The position numbers were made by a program, and so were the translations under genes. A stretch of 64,000 bases of DNA from a virus (taxonomy: Duplodnaviria; Caudoviricetes), in the IMG/VR virus record IMGVR_UViG_3300032227_000893, positions 3,482 through 67,481 of that record; one strand, written 5' to 3'. Positions 17,349 to 28,700 of this stretch are shown here, in pieces. Position 1 is the stretch's first letter. Every line of letters starts with the position of its first letter. The notes under the pieces were generated by a model. It was given only the letters and a program-made list of their open reading frames with translations. It made no database searches and had not been told where the DNA came from.

Positions 17349-17909
17349 ATGGCCGTAACTTTCTCTGCCTCGGGGACTGCTTCTGCAGGTGGCGTGCAAC
17401 AGAGCTATGCTCTGACTCACGTTGCTCTGCTGGAAGGTCAACTCTCCGACGCTCGCGATAACACCATTGGCACCTATGTCAATGAAACTGGCGCTGTTCT
17501 TGCCTTTGGCAACGGCGTTTCTTATAACACTAGCGGCACCGTTGCTAACTCTGCAAAAACTCTTGCAGGTAGTGGCGAGTCCTTCTTGGGCGTTAACGTT
17601 CTCACTTATGTGGACGAAACCGCTCTGAATACCAATGGCCGTCCCGGTGTCAAGGCTGCTCAGGTGGCCAACGTCATCAATCAGGGTGGAGTTGCCGTGT
17701 ACGTTCACGGTTCTGTTACCCCTGCGACTGCTGTTCGCGTGATGCACACCACTTCTGGTGTTCGCTACGCAGGTCAGTTCACTGCTGCCGCTGTCCCCAC
17801 CCGCTCGGCAGTGCTGTCCAATGCCCGTTACCTTAACGCTGTCACTGGTTCCGGCCTGGCAATTCTTGAGCTGAACGGTCCTTCCTTCACCCTCACTGGC
17901 GACTCGTAG
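17349..17909 (+). CDS. head decoration/cement protein
   Basis: Between protease and MCP; Ala/Gly/Thr beta-rich. Confidence 0.7.
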   Translation: MAVTFSASGTASAGGVQQSYALTHVALLEGQLSDARDNTIGTYVNETGAVLAFGNGVSYNTSGTVANSAKTLAGSGESFLGVNVLTYVDETALNTNGRPGVKAAQVANVINQGGVAVYVHGSVTPATAVRVMHTTSGVRYAGQFTAAAVPTRSAVLSNARYLNAVTGSGLAILELNGPSFTLTGDS

Positions 17910-17920
17910 GAGACTTACCA

Positions 17921-18835
17921 ATGAACGATTTTCGCATGGATGATGCGGGTCTGTTTCTCCAGCGTCAGCTTGAGTACATCCGCCCCCAGGTATTTGAAAC
18001 TGTTTACGCAGACATCAAGTACCCCACAATTCTGCCTGTAACCAGCGAAGCTGGTCCTGGCGCAACCACTTTCACCTATCGGATCATGGATTCGACCGGT
18101 GAGTTCCGTCTGCTGGCCGACAGTGCTGACGATCTGCCCCGTGCAGACGTGAGCCAAGTCGAGAAGAGCATCAACATCCGCTCCTTCGGTGGTTCCTTCG
18201 GTTATTCCGTCCAGGAACTGCGTGCCGCACAAATGGCTAACGTTGCTCTTGAGCAGCGCCGTGCTACTGCTGTGCGTCGTGCTTACGAGGAGAAAGTGGA
18301 AAGCGTTGCCATGTTTGGCGAAGCTTCTGTTGCTCTCACCGGCTTCTTCAACAATGCCACTGTTGACATTGTTGCTGCTGACAAGTGGTTCACCACTGCT
18401 GGTATCACTGCTCAGGAAATGCTGGAACTGTTGAACTATGGCGTTAGCGCCATCATTAATGGTTCACAGATGAAGGAGCAGCCCGACACCATTCTGCTTG
18501 CTTACGAGGACTACAACAAAATCAGCGTCACTCGCAACTCCGATTCTTCGGACGTGACTGTGCTTGAGTATTTCCTCCGCACCAACCCCTACATCACGAA
18601 CGTTGAGCCCATCAACCAACTGACCAAGGGTAAGAATGGTGGCAAGCTCAACACCAGCCGCATGGTGGTGTACAAGCGTGATCCCGAGAAAGTGCAACTG
18701 CACATTCCCCAACCCCTTGAGCTGTTCCCCGCTCAACAACGTGGTCTTGAGTTCATTGTCCCTGCTCACGCTCGCGTGGGTGGTGTGGCTCTGTACTATC
18801 CCAAGAGCATGATCTACGTTCAAGCTTCTTCTTGA
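17921..18835 (+). CDS. major capsid protein (DUF2184/encapsulin-like HK97 fold)
   Basis: FLQRQLEYI, ADDLP, GYSVQEL, GFFNN, RVGGVALYYP; strongly biased codons. Confidence 0.9.
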   Translation: MNDFRMDDAGLFLQRQLEYIRPQVFETVYADIKYPTILPVTSEAGPGATTFTYRIMDSTGEFRLLADSADDLPRADVSQVEKSINIRSFGGSFGYSVQELRAAQMANVALEQRRATAVRRAYEEKVESVAMFGEASVALTGFFNNATVDIVAADKWFTTAGITAQEMLELLNYGVSAIINGSQMKEQPDTILLAYEDYNKISVTRNSDSSDVTVLEYFLRTNPYITNVEPINQLTKGKNGGKLNTSRMVVYKRDPEKVQLHIPQPLELFPAQQRGLEFIVPAHARVGGVALYYPKSMIYVQASS

Positions 18836-18888
18836 GCCTAGACAAGCAAGGGGCGTTAAGCTAATCATCAGTTCTTAAGAACATTCAA

Positions 18889-19275
18889 ATGTTGATTGCT
18901 TATCGCCCCGAACTTGAAAATCCACCTCGTGAAGGCGGGTTTGGCATTATCACCGAATCAGGCATGATTCAACTTGCTCCTGGTCTCAACCAGGAAATCC
19001 CAGAGCAGCAATGGGCAAAAGCGCGTGAAAACGCTTCCATCAAGCGTCTTATGACAATTGGTGCCATTGAAGAAGTGAGGGAGCAACTGACTGTAGAAGA
19101 AATTCCACATGACGTGCAAACTCTTTCCAACATGCCTCTCGTTGAAGCCATTCGCACCATTGAAATCATCCATGATCTCGGCCAACTGACCGAGTGGAAG
19201 AAGATTGAAGGTCGCGTGAGGGTTCGTAATGCCATTGCCAAACGCCAGGAAGCAATCAAAATTGGCAGGGCATAA
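18889..19275 (+). CDS. hypothetical head/connector-region protein
   Basis: Position after MCP. Confidence 0.65.
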   Translation: MLIAYRPELENPPREGGFGIITESGMIQLAPGLNQEIPEQQWAKARENASIKRLMTIGAIEEVREQLTVEEIPHDVQTLSNMPLVEAIRTIEIIHDLGQLTEWKKIEGRVRVRNAIAKRQEAIKIGRA

Positions 19276-19277
19276 TA

Positions 19278-19592
19278 ATGACCGTCACCTATGCAAGCTT
19301 CCTTGATCGGTTCCCTGAGTTCACTCCCCATCCGGCGGGGATTGTCAATGGGGCCATTTCCGAGGCAACTGCTGATGCGTCTGAAGATGTGTTTGGAGAT
19401 CAAACAGATCGTGCAGTAAAGCATTTAGCAGCTCACATCATTGCTATTCAACTTGCACAGATGGGCGTTCAAATTGGCGCCACAGATGGCAAGGTGTACG
19501 GCAAAGGGCTGGAGGCCACTCAATATGGCCAAGAGTTCAAACGAATGCTTGAAACCGTCGCTGGTTCTTTCACCATTGGTTTTGTCGCATGA
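19278..19592 (+). CDS. head-tail adaptor (DUF4054-like)
   Basis: FLDRFPEF...AHIIA...TQYGQEF. Confidence 0.8.
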   Translation: MTVTYASFLDRFPEFTPHPAGIVNGAISEATADASEDVFGDQTDRAVKHLAAHIIAIQLAQMGVQIGATDGKVYGKGLEATQYGQEFKRMLETVAGSFTIGFVA

Positions 19593-19978
19593 TCAACGGA
19601 ATGTCGCCATTGGCAAACGCTACGCTCACGTGGAGCGTTGCTTCTGGTTACACCACTGATTCTGACACTGGCAATTACATTCCCATGACAAGTGGTGTTG
19701 TGTATTATGCCAGTCTTAGGCAAAAAGCCAATCCACGGTACGATTATCTGCTAGGTGCTGATAATACGGCTGTGTACATGGAGGGACGCTTGACAGGGCC
19801 ACTAGCCCTCTCTGGCATCACTCCCGGCAGCAATGCTTCTGCAACAATCAATGGAAGAGAAGGACGGTTTGAGCTTCTGCCTAACGAGCAAATTGCTGAA
19901 CATTATTGGCAATTTCTCGGCACGCCAATCAGAGGAATATTTAGACTGGTTGGCAAAGGAAGCGTCTTGAACGCTTAA
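19589..19978 (+). CDS. head-closure-like protein
   Basis: Synteny and ATGA overlap. Confidence 0.55.
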   Translation: MINGMSPLANATLTWSVASGYTTDSDTGNYIPMTSGVVYYASLRQKANPRYDYLLGADNTAVYMEGRLTGPLALSGITPGSNASATINGREGRFELLPNEQIAEHYWQFLGTPIRGIFRLVGKGSVLNA

Positions 19979-20009
19979 CCGTTCCTTCTTTTTATCCCAT
20001 CGAGGAAAA

Positions 20010-20591
20010 ATGACTCTCTACCACCCAACTGAATTGGTTAAGAGCCAAGACGTTATCATTCGTGTTGGCTCTATTTCCGGTACTGCTCGCCCTGTGATCA
20101 CGCAGAGCGGCGCTACCTTTACCGTGAGCGGTACTCCTACGCTCTACACCCTGCAGGCGGCTACGACAGCTTCTCTCGCCTTCAACGACAATAACACTGA
20201 GTTCTACGTCCTTGGCGGCGGTGGCTTCTCTGATAGCGTGATCACGACTTCTGCCGTGACTGCGTCAATCACCTCCTACTTCCAGAAGGATATTGACGGA
20301 ACCGTCTTCGTTCCCAACTCTTTTGACGAAGCATTCCAGGTGATCAGCTCTGCTCGCTACGACAAAGATGCTGAAGTGTACGTTGAAATCAACAAGCAAC
20401 TTGGCGTTAGTGGCACTACGTTTTACTATGATCGCGTGGCATTTGTTAGCCGCGTGATGAACTACAACGAGAGCTATCCTGCTGATAACCTCGTGGAAGT
20501 TACCTTCGATTTGATGAGCCGCAGCCGCATTGGCATTCACCAGAATGCAACCAGCTCTGGCACGCTCAATCCTTCTGCTCCCAACAGCTAA
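20010..20591 (+). CDS. major tail tube protein
   Basis: Synteny, Ser/Thr-rich beta composition, followed by a terminator. Confidence 0.75.
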   Translation: MTLYHPTELVKSQDVIIRVGSISGTARPVITQSGATFTVSGTPTLYTLQAATTASLAFNDNNTEFYVLGGGGFSDSVITTSAVTASITSYFQKDIDGTVFVPNSFDEAFQVISSARYDKDAEVYVEINKQLGVSGTTFYYDRVAFVSRVMNYNESYPADNLVEVTFDLMSRSRIGIHQNATSSGTLNPSAPNS

Positions 20592-20613
20592 GCATTTCCT
20601 CCATAGCTTTGCT

Positions 20614-20640
20614 AGCCTTCCTTTACGGGGAGGCTTTTTT
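20614..20640 (+). terminator. intrinsic terminator after the tail tube gene
   Basis: AGCCTTCC...GGGGAGGCT stem followed by T-run. Confidence 0.7.
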
Positions 20641-20644
20641 TATT

Positions 20645-21055
20645 GTGAACATAGTTCAATTTCGAGACACTATTAATACATTGCTAAGCGCCAGTCCCGA
20701 TTTGATTGGCACTTATGCGCTTCCCAACGGAAGCATGGTGCCAGCCATTTATACGGTGGGGAGGCAAAGCGTACCAAGCGACTGGAAGGCAACAGGCCTG
20801 GAAGTAACAATTCGAGAATTTCCAGAACAACTTCCTACCGTCATGGTTGGCACGTTGAGAATTTTACAGCAATGGGAGGTAATGCTGGTGCAATATACAG
20901 GTAGCAGTTCTACGCTTGCCACAGCAATGGAGCGCATGACCAGACGGTTCCCTGATGGTACATTTCGTTTTCTCCCGGGAGATGACGTGGGCTATGACCG
21001 CTGTAGGATTATCATTCCAGACACTATTCTTCGCAACATTTACCCGTCTATATAG
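20645..21055 (+). CDS. tail terminator-like protein
   Basis: Synteny; GTG 20645 lies past the terminator. Confidence 0.55.
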   Translation: MNIVQFRDTINTLLSASPDLIGTYALPNGSMVPAIYTVGRQSVPSDWKATGLEVTIREFPEQLPTVMVGTLRILQQWEVMLVQYTGSSSTLATAMERMTRRFPDGTFRFLPGDDVGYDRCRIIIPDTILRNIYPSI

Positions 21056-21057
21056 CG

Positions 21058-21525
21058 GTGATAATAACCTCTGCCAAAATTCATAACTCCGCCGCGCTCG
21101 AACAAGCACTGGCCAATGCTTTCAAGAAATGGGCAAAAGAAGATATCAATGAGGCGCATTGGGACGACCAGTTCAAGGAAATGGGCCGATGGGCATATGA
21201 CAATGAAACAAAACGCAAAAGGACTGGTGAAGTTGTTGGCAGTCCTCGCGACATTTACGACTATGGACTGTTGTACGAAAGCGGAGTCGAAAGCTTTAAG
21301 ATTAACGAATCGCCATCGGGAATTGAAGCAACTTGGCACTGGGACGCCAAAAACTCATCAGGGGAGGAGTACGCTTGGTACGTTCACTATGGGAAGGGGA
21401 CAAACGTAACAGCGCGTCCTTTTACCGATGACATTTCCATCCCATCGTCGTTCTTTTACAAGGGGCCAGGCAAAGCATTGGTGCTTAGAATCAGGGCCCA
21501 GCTAAAGACTCTTAATGGAAATTGA
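21058..21525 (+). CDS. tail completion (HK97 gp10-like) protein
   Basis: SPRDIYDYGLL...YAWYVHYG...ARPF. Confidence 0.6.
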   Translation: MIITSAKIHNSAALEQALANAFKKWAKEDINEAHWDDQFKEMGRWAYDNETKRKRTGEVVGSPRDIYDYGLLYESGVESFKINESPSGIEATWHWDAKNSSGEEYAWYVHYGKGTNVTARPFTDDISIPSSFFYKGPGKALVLRIRAQLKTLNGN

Positions 21526-21754
21526 CTATCTATGGAGTGACGACGGCTCGGTCCATGCCATAAACTGCCTGAAGAGCAACAACGACTTAGAGGTGGGCAT
21601 CCTTTGCCTTATGTCCATTCTCGAAACCACCATTAGAATTGCTAACGACAAGCATTCATTCGTCGTGGAAATTCCAAAAGAATTTCAATCTCAAAACGAA
21701 CGAGTGAAGGCATTTAACGCCACTTTAAACATTTTAAGCCATGAGCAAGTATAG
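21515..21754 (+). CDS. hypothetical protein
   Basis: Overlaps both neighbours in the operon. Confidence 0.6.
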   Translation: MEIDYLWSDDGSVHAINCLKSNNDLEVGILCLMSILETTIRIANDKHSFVVEIPKEFQSQNERVKAFNATLNILSHEQV

Positions 21755-22280
21755 CTTTCTAGTCGCCAGCAAGGAAATCCAATATTTCGACCTCACCCCG
21801 ACCGTGCGGATGAAGAAGTTGGGTGGCTGGCTTGTCGCCGAATCTATTGAGCAGGAAGAGATTTCCAAGCTTCAAAGTCAATCCACTATTCGTGCTGTTC
21901 AACTGGCAAAGCGCATTGCGGCTGCCAAGGGTGTTTCCCTTGATGAAGCATTTGCTCTGTTGCAGGGCGGCGGTGTTGGCTCCGAAATGGACCTGCTGAG
22001 TGACTTCACGGAAGAAACTCTCAGCATGATTGGTAGCGGGGGCAGTGTGGAGGGCAACAATGCACGACTGGTCACTGCATTTATCCGCTGTCGCGGCGAA
22101 GGCTTGATCGACGATGTATGGACAGCAATGCCCGACTGGTCGATGGAAGACACGACTGGCTTCACCAGGGAGGTTATCAGCAAGGCTCTTGACTTCATTG
22201 GAAGCGAGCAAGAGGTGGAGGCAAAGGCAGCCGCAAAAAAAACACCGAAGAAGACGACTGCTGCCACACCGAACGAATAG
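21741..22280 (+). CDS. tail assembly chaperone (gpG analogue)
   Basis: Upstream of TMP; A AAA AAA slippery site at 22235-22241. Confidence 0.75.
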   Translation: MSKYSFLVASKEIQYFDLTPTVRMKKLGGWLVAESIEQEEISKLQSQSTIRAVQLAKRIAAAKGVSLDEAFALLQGGGVGSEMDLLSDFTEETLSMIGSGGSVEGNNARLVTAFIRCRGEGLIDDVWTAMPDWSMEDTTGFTREVISKALDFIGSEQEVEAKAAAKKTPKKTTAATPNE

Positions 22281-22702
22281 AAAAGCAAGCCAAGGCAGTG
22301 CTTGCGTCCCTTACTAAATGGGACGACATCTATCATCGCTTATGCGCCTCCGACCTCAATGATGGGCGATGGAACGCTCAGCATTTTGGCATGCAGAAAG
22401 TTGACGATGTAAAAAAAGCACTGCAATGGCTGGAAAATCACGACCTGCAGAAATACAACATCAGTAGTATCTCTACCGCGAAGCTGGCCACTTTAGTTCT
22501 TGGCGCTTTAGGGGGAAAGAGTGTGAAGCCAAACGTGAATGACTATCTTCCATTCGACACTCGCCGAGTCAGGAAAGATCGCGGTGTTTCAGCGGAAAGC
22601 CTTGCTGTGCTGCGGCAATTGATGAAAACCAGAAGGATGAATGGACGAGTAATAGCCCTGTTGGCGGATGAATTAAAGATGGCTTCACAGCGTGAAGAAT
22701 GA
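22241..22702 (+). CDS. tail assembly chaperone gpT-like extension via -1 frameshift (track ORF 22298-22702)
   Basis: -1 frame open from the A8 run through GTG 22298 to the stop at 22702. Confidence 0.7.
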   Translation, partial: NTEEDDCCHTERIEKQAKAVLASLTKWDDIYHRLCASDLNDGRWNAQHFGMQKVDDVKKALQWLENHDLQKYNISSISTAKLATLVLGALGGKSVKPNVNDYLPFDTRRVRKDRGVSAESLAVLRQLMKTRRMNGRVIALLADELKMASQREE

Positions 22703-22708
22703 AGTATT

Positions 22709-22717
22709 TGCTATGCT
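22709..22717 (+). promoter_or_regulatory. extended -10 promoter (TGCTATGCT) before TMP
   Basis: TGnTAnnnT in the 38-nt gap. Confidence 0.4.
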
Positions 22718-22740
22718 TGAAACAATAGGGCTCGTGTAAA

Positions 22741-25700
22741 ATGGCAGTCGGAGCTGGAAGTCCAGAGCTTAAGCTAAGCGTTGGTTTTGACCTTAACTAT
22801 TTCAAGGGTCAACTTACGGCTCTCGGAGCGGCTGCGTCTTCATATTATCTGCCAATCAATATCAAGTTTGATCGTCGTGGCATTCAAGACGAAGTTACAA
22901 AATTAGGGAAAAATATTAGCGGCAGACAATACAATTTAAAAGTTGAAGTTAAATCCCTAGAAACTGCCATTAAGCAGGCCAGAGAACTTCAAAAAATTCT
23001 AGGACAAAGCAGGGGACAAACTGCTCGCGCCACTGCGTTGCAAGGGATAACGGGTAAAGATAAATCTGGCAAGGTTATCCTAAAGGCAGACGACATTAGA
23101 AAAGTTTATTCAGCCGCAATGAAGGCTGGCATTGAAGGGCTTTCTGGCAACATTAAAGCAAGCCGACCAGTCATTGAAAAAGAATTAAAAAGCGCTTTTG
23201 GCGGTGCGTCAGATAATGCGCTGAAAGGATTGATCAATGGCCTGGCAAGTGGCGAGGGCGACCTTAAAAAAGTTGCAGGCAATCTTGGCAATGCAATTAT
23301 TGAGGAATTAAATAGATCACTAGAAATTCGCTCTCCATCAAAGAAAACGCAACGAGTGGGGGAACAAAGTATTGATGGTCTGGTCAAAGGCTTTGTCACT
23401 CGTTCTGTGCGCATGGAGCGATTTCTTGCAAAGACAATTAGCAATTTTGCAATTGGCGCTATCTACGAGGGACTGTCCACCCTTGGCAATCTTGCTCCCG
23501 CTTTCGCCCCCCTAGAAAAACAACTCCAATCACAATTTACTAGAAGCTTTCAGAAAGCAATTAGCGCAGGTCTTGAAGCTTCCAAGATCCCAGGATTCAA
23601 GGGAGGATTGCTTGGTCTATTAGGTGGTGGCACAACTGGAGCATTGGTTGGTGGCGCAAAGGGACTAGGCGGAGCTGTCTCTGGCGGTCTCAGTCAACTG
23701 GGAGCGGGCGGCATGCGTGGCGTCCTGTCACAAATGGGACGATTGGGTCATGGCGACACGTCTGCGTGGACATCATTTATTCAAGATGCGATGGACCAAG
23801 CATTGCATCAGGCTTTCAGCCCTAGCATTCTTGGCGCTGTAATTGGTGCTGCCGCCGTTGGTGGAGTAGCAGGTTCTACTGGATTTGTTAAAGGTGCATT
23901 TAACTCCTTGACAAATCAAGTTATTGAGAAAATTGTCAATACGCTTCTTTCCGCAATTTCGGGAGATCTTGTCAATGATGCCGTTCCAGTATTAAGAGCA
24001 TTTGCAAAAACATTTGTTCAATCTTTGACCACGGATCTTGCGCGGCATTTGCCGCTTAATATTTCATTTCCTCCGATGCTGCCGGCTTTGCCTCCGGCGT
24101 ACAGAGGGATCAATCCTGCTGCTGGTCCGGCTGGATTGCTTTCGCCTGGAATCCAAGCCGTAGGCGCATTGCCCCCGGGGCCCCCTCCTACAGGGCTTCT
24201 GCCTCCGGCGTACAGGGGAATCTATCCTGCTGGACCACGATCTCCATTAGGGCTGCTCCCACCTGCCTACAGAGGCTTACCTTCTGGCGCTATGCCAAGG
24301 GGGCTCTTGGGTGCATCTGCGGCGCCATTTGGTCTGCTGCCAAGCGTTACTAAAAAATCGTCTATTGCATCTGGCGTTGAATCTCTATTTGCCGCAGGCG
24401 GTCCAGCTTTCCCGGACGAACCCGCTGGCAAGCTTGCGCTTACGTCTAAAGCATTAAAAGCAAGGGTTGATTTAATACTGGCTGAATATTTTGCGGCGGC
24501 TGGAAAGACAGTTGAAAATGCTTTTGACCCAAGAGCATTTAAAGCACAACTCAATACATTTGCCTATCTTGTTCAAGCTCTTCGTGACGCAGAGTTACGG
24601 ACAAAAGGATTGCTAGGTTCTTTTGGTCGCGAGCGTACTTACACGGGAAGACCTGTTGCCGGAGAGGGCATTAACTTACCAGCAGTTTCCACGCTCGAGC
24701 AACGATTACTGCCACCGGCAAAACCAACTGACTTCACTGGAACGCCCTTCTTCAGAGCCCCCGATAACGCATCAAGCAGAACGCGAATTCGCAGACCATT
24801 GACAACAGGGCAGGGAGTGCCCAGTGGTCCGATGGGTGGGGGCGCGGAAGCAGATGCGATTGTCAGGGCGGCGCAGAATACTCTGAAACTTAACCTGGCT
24901 ACAAATATTGCCAAAAAAAGTTTTGAAGGACTTACCGCCAGTCAGTTACCGTTGATTGGTGGAATTAGATCGCTTGGTGGCGAATTTGCCAATGCCACAA
25001 AACAAGTATTACTGTACGGCACTGCTTACAGAGCGCTTGGTTTTATCACGTCTCTTCCCGGTCAAATTTTAAATGCCGCTAAAAGCCAGCAACAATATAC
25101 AAACGGGCTAAAAGTTGCCACACAAGAAACTGGTACTTTCGCGAAAGAATTGCTCTTCGTTGATAATGTTCAACGGGCATTCGGCTTGAACCTGGAAACA
25201 ACTCGTACTGGCTTTACAAGGCTTTACGCCTCAATGGCGCCCACTGGATTTGACTCTGGATCCATTGAAAAACTCTTCACGGGTATCAGTGCAGCCACGG
25301 CATCACTGCAACTAACGCCAGACAAGGCGGAACGAGTGATTTATGCCTTTGGTCAAATGGCCAGCAAAGGCCAAATCATGAGCGAAGAACTTAAGGGGCA
25401 GTTGGGTGATGTACTGCCTGGCGCTTTGGCCATCTTCTCAAAGGCCGCTGGAATGTCCGTCAAGGAATTCAGCAAGGCGATGGAAGATGGTGAATTTGTT
25501 GGCAGTCGTTTTCGAGAAGTATTTGCCAAGGTAAGCGATGAGTTGATGAATCGCTTTGGCACGGGAGCACAGGCCGCAGGCAAATCGCTCCAAGGCCTGT
25601 TAAATACAGTTGGCGGAGATTTCCAAAGAACGCTTGAATCATTCGCCCCATTGGCAGATACTGTAGCGCAAGCAATTCTTGTGCCACTCGGAGGAGCCTT

Positions 25701-28700
25701 GCGTCAGCTTTCAACAAGTGCTCAGATTGCAATGGGTGAAATAGATCGCGTGCGTGCGCAATACAAAACGGCACTGGGAGATGTGCGTGATTTACGGGCC
25801 GGAGGAGCCAGTGCCGTTCAAATCAAAGCGGCAGAACAGAACGTTGCTGCATTAGCGGCTCGCTATCGTTCGTTGAATCAAGCGCTAGAAGATCCTGCTG
25901 TCGCAAAACAAGTTAAAGACATTCAGCTTTTTGTACAAGAATTGACAAAGGCGGGAACGTTTGTAATGAATGTTGCCAGGGCCATTGGCGGCATACTCGC
26001 TCCTGCTATTAATTTCCTGGGAACTAACTTAACCGCCACAATTGCCACGATTACATCTTTCTACATTGGTTTTCAAACGGCTCGCCTAGCGGCTTCGGCA
26101 TTGATGGGAGTCCTGTTGCTCTATAGGGGGCTGTCAGCCTTGATGGGCCTTAGCACTGTGGCATCTCAGGCAAATGCGTTGGCAGGTGCTTTTAATATTC
26201 TGGGTGTGAGCGCAACTGGTGCTCAGGTTAAGCTGATAGGCTTGCGTGTTGCATTGACAGCTCTTGTCGCCACGACAGTAGTGGGAGCAGTTGTGGCTGG
26301 CATTGTTGCAATTGCAGGTGCCTTTGCGACAATGGGCAACAGAGCGAGGGACGCGGCCCAGGGATCGAAAGAGGCAGCAAAGGCCGCTATGGATGCAGCG
26401 TCAACTGGCAATGTAGCCGGAGCCGCCATGAACGTGCAAACTGTTCTGGCGGAGTCGCGCAAAAATGAGACAGCTCGCAAAACGCTAGAAAGCATCCAGG
26501 CCAGGGCAACAAAGCAGCAAAAGGGTGGCGTTGTCGGAATGAGAATCACTCCAGAAGAATCGGCGGCGTTGCAAGCATCCGCTCTGACGGCTGGAATGAT
26601 TACTGCTGGCGTATCGAGAGGCGGATTCAGGGAAATTCGGGCGTTGTCAAGTAAGGAGCAACTGGCAAGAATCAAGGAATTTGGCAGCGTAGCTGGTCAA
26701 GCCGCAATTGACCTAAAAGAAGCCAAGGCAGCCCTAGTCCAGGCCCAAAAAGTGTCCAAATTGACTGGAATGAACCAGCCCAGTCCATCTACTACGGCCA
26801 TTGATGATGCCAAGGATAAAACAAAAGCAAAGAGCCTGGAAGGCTTTTACAAGCTTGAAGACGACCTCGCAAAAGCAATAACAGAAGGAGAAATTGATCG
26901 CGCCAATATGTTGTTTGAGCATAAGAAAAATCTGCTTAATACTTATTACGACATCCAAGATGCACGTGCCAACAGCTTCCAGAAGGAAACCATTAAGTTT
27001 CAGCGAGAGATTACCAATATTGAAATGGACAGGCAAAAAAGTGCTTTAGATGCTCAGAATTCTGTAAAGAAGATACAAGGTAGCGTTGCGGGCGGCGCCA
27101 CGGGATTGCTTCAAGGTAGCACTGGCGTTTCAAGCGGTGCCCACTTTGACGTGAGGAGGCAAGATGGTAAATACATTAGCCCCGAAGAAGCTCGTGCATT
27201 GTTTGATCCGGCCACAGCAAAACAATTATCACTCACAAGCAAATACGGTCCTCGCACTGCACCAGTGCCGGGAGCAAGCACCTTCCACCGAGGCGTTGAT
27301 CTTGCGGGCCCAGCCAACACGCCATTGAACCTAGCGGCTGGATACAGCATGATGGGGGCAGGAGAGAAAGGCGGCCTTGGTTTCACGGCATCGGTTCGCG
27401 GGCCGCAGGGAACGATGTATGACGTGGGTCATCTACAACGGCCCGGAGCCGGAGCGGGGACCATCCGTCCGGTCAAGGGCAACGAAAGCCGTGATATCAA
27501 GGCGGCGGCAAAAACCGAAATCGAGCTGCAAAAAGAAAGCCTGGCGCTTAAGTACGCCGACGAATTGGCAATTCAAAGGCAGACTGCCGCCATGGCAAAT
27601 TATTTAGCAGCAATGCTGCCCATAGCGGAACAACAGCTTCAAAATCAAATCCTGGAAAAACGCACAGCCCTGCAACTGGCTGGTACTCCCCAAGCGTTAA
27701 TAGACAGAGAGATGGAGCTTTACGAAGCTGAAACAAAAAATACCGCAGCCATTGAACTACACCGGGACAAGATTGCAGAGTTATCCAAACAGAAAGGCGC
27801 GGATGGCAAGCTTACGGAAAACGCAGTCAGGCTCATGGCGCTTGAGCAAAAAGCTCTTGACGAGCTAATTGCAAAATTCCCTAAGTACAAGGCACTGTTG
27901 CAGGAGGCTGGACAATTAAAAATGCAGGCTGGTTTTGCTCGTGACATGGGGGCTCTCAAGGATCAGCTTCAGCTTGCAGCAATTATTGATCCACGAATGG
28001 AACAGAAGCAGAAGTACATACAAGAGGGTCTTACTCCAGGGCAAGCTGATGAAAAAGTTAGGCTCGAAGAGCAACTGGCCGCTGTTACCAGATTGCGAGA
28101 TGGCTACAGAGGGCTTGCTGATTCCATTGGCGGCTCCTTTGGCCAAGCTTTCAAGGGTGTCATTTCCGGCTCAATGACGGCACGGGAAGCGCTGGCTGGT
28201 TTCTTCCAAAGCGTGGCAGATTCATTCCTCGACATGGTTGCCCAAATGATTGCGGCATGGATGAGGACCATGCTCCTCCAAGGCTTCCAGTCATTGTTTG
28301 GTTCCGTCCTTGGCGGCATGGGAGGAGGATTTAAGTTTCCAGGGACAACTGGATTGGGAACCAACTTCAGCTCTGCCATTGGAAACAGCACTGGCATTCC
28401 GTTCCAATTTGCCAATGGTGGCATCGCCCCTGGCGGATTCCGTGCTTTTGCTTCTGGAGGCGTTGTCACAGGCCCCACGCTGGGCCTTGTAGGCGAAGGG
28501 CGTTACAACGAGGCAGTGATTCCCCTGCCAGACGGCAAGAGCGTTCCAGTGAACCTCAGGGGCGGTAGTAATGGCAATAACGGTCCCGTTAACGTCGTAG
28601 TGAATGTTGACGCAAAGGGCAGTACAGTGGAGGGAGATGAAGACAAGGCTAATGAATTGGGACGTGCTATTAGCGCCGCTGTCCAGTCAGAATTGATCAA

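Noticed and set aside
16701-17921. 406-aa minus-strand ORF and many other long antisense ORFs in the track (e.g. 54048-54665 +, 14637-15344 -)
   Set aside because: Shadow frames of strongly codon-biased genes; no motifs or operon logic
22513-22519. In-frame G GGA AAG inside the gpT-like ORF
   Set aside because: -1 frame stops after 8 further codons and there is no nearby hairpin; it shows the heptamer can occur by chance
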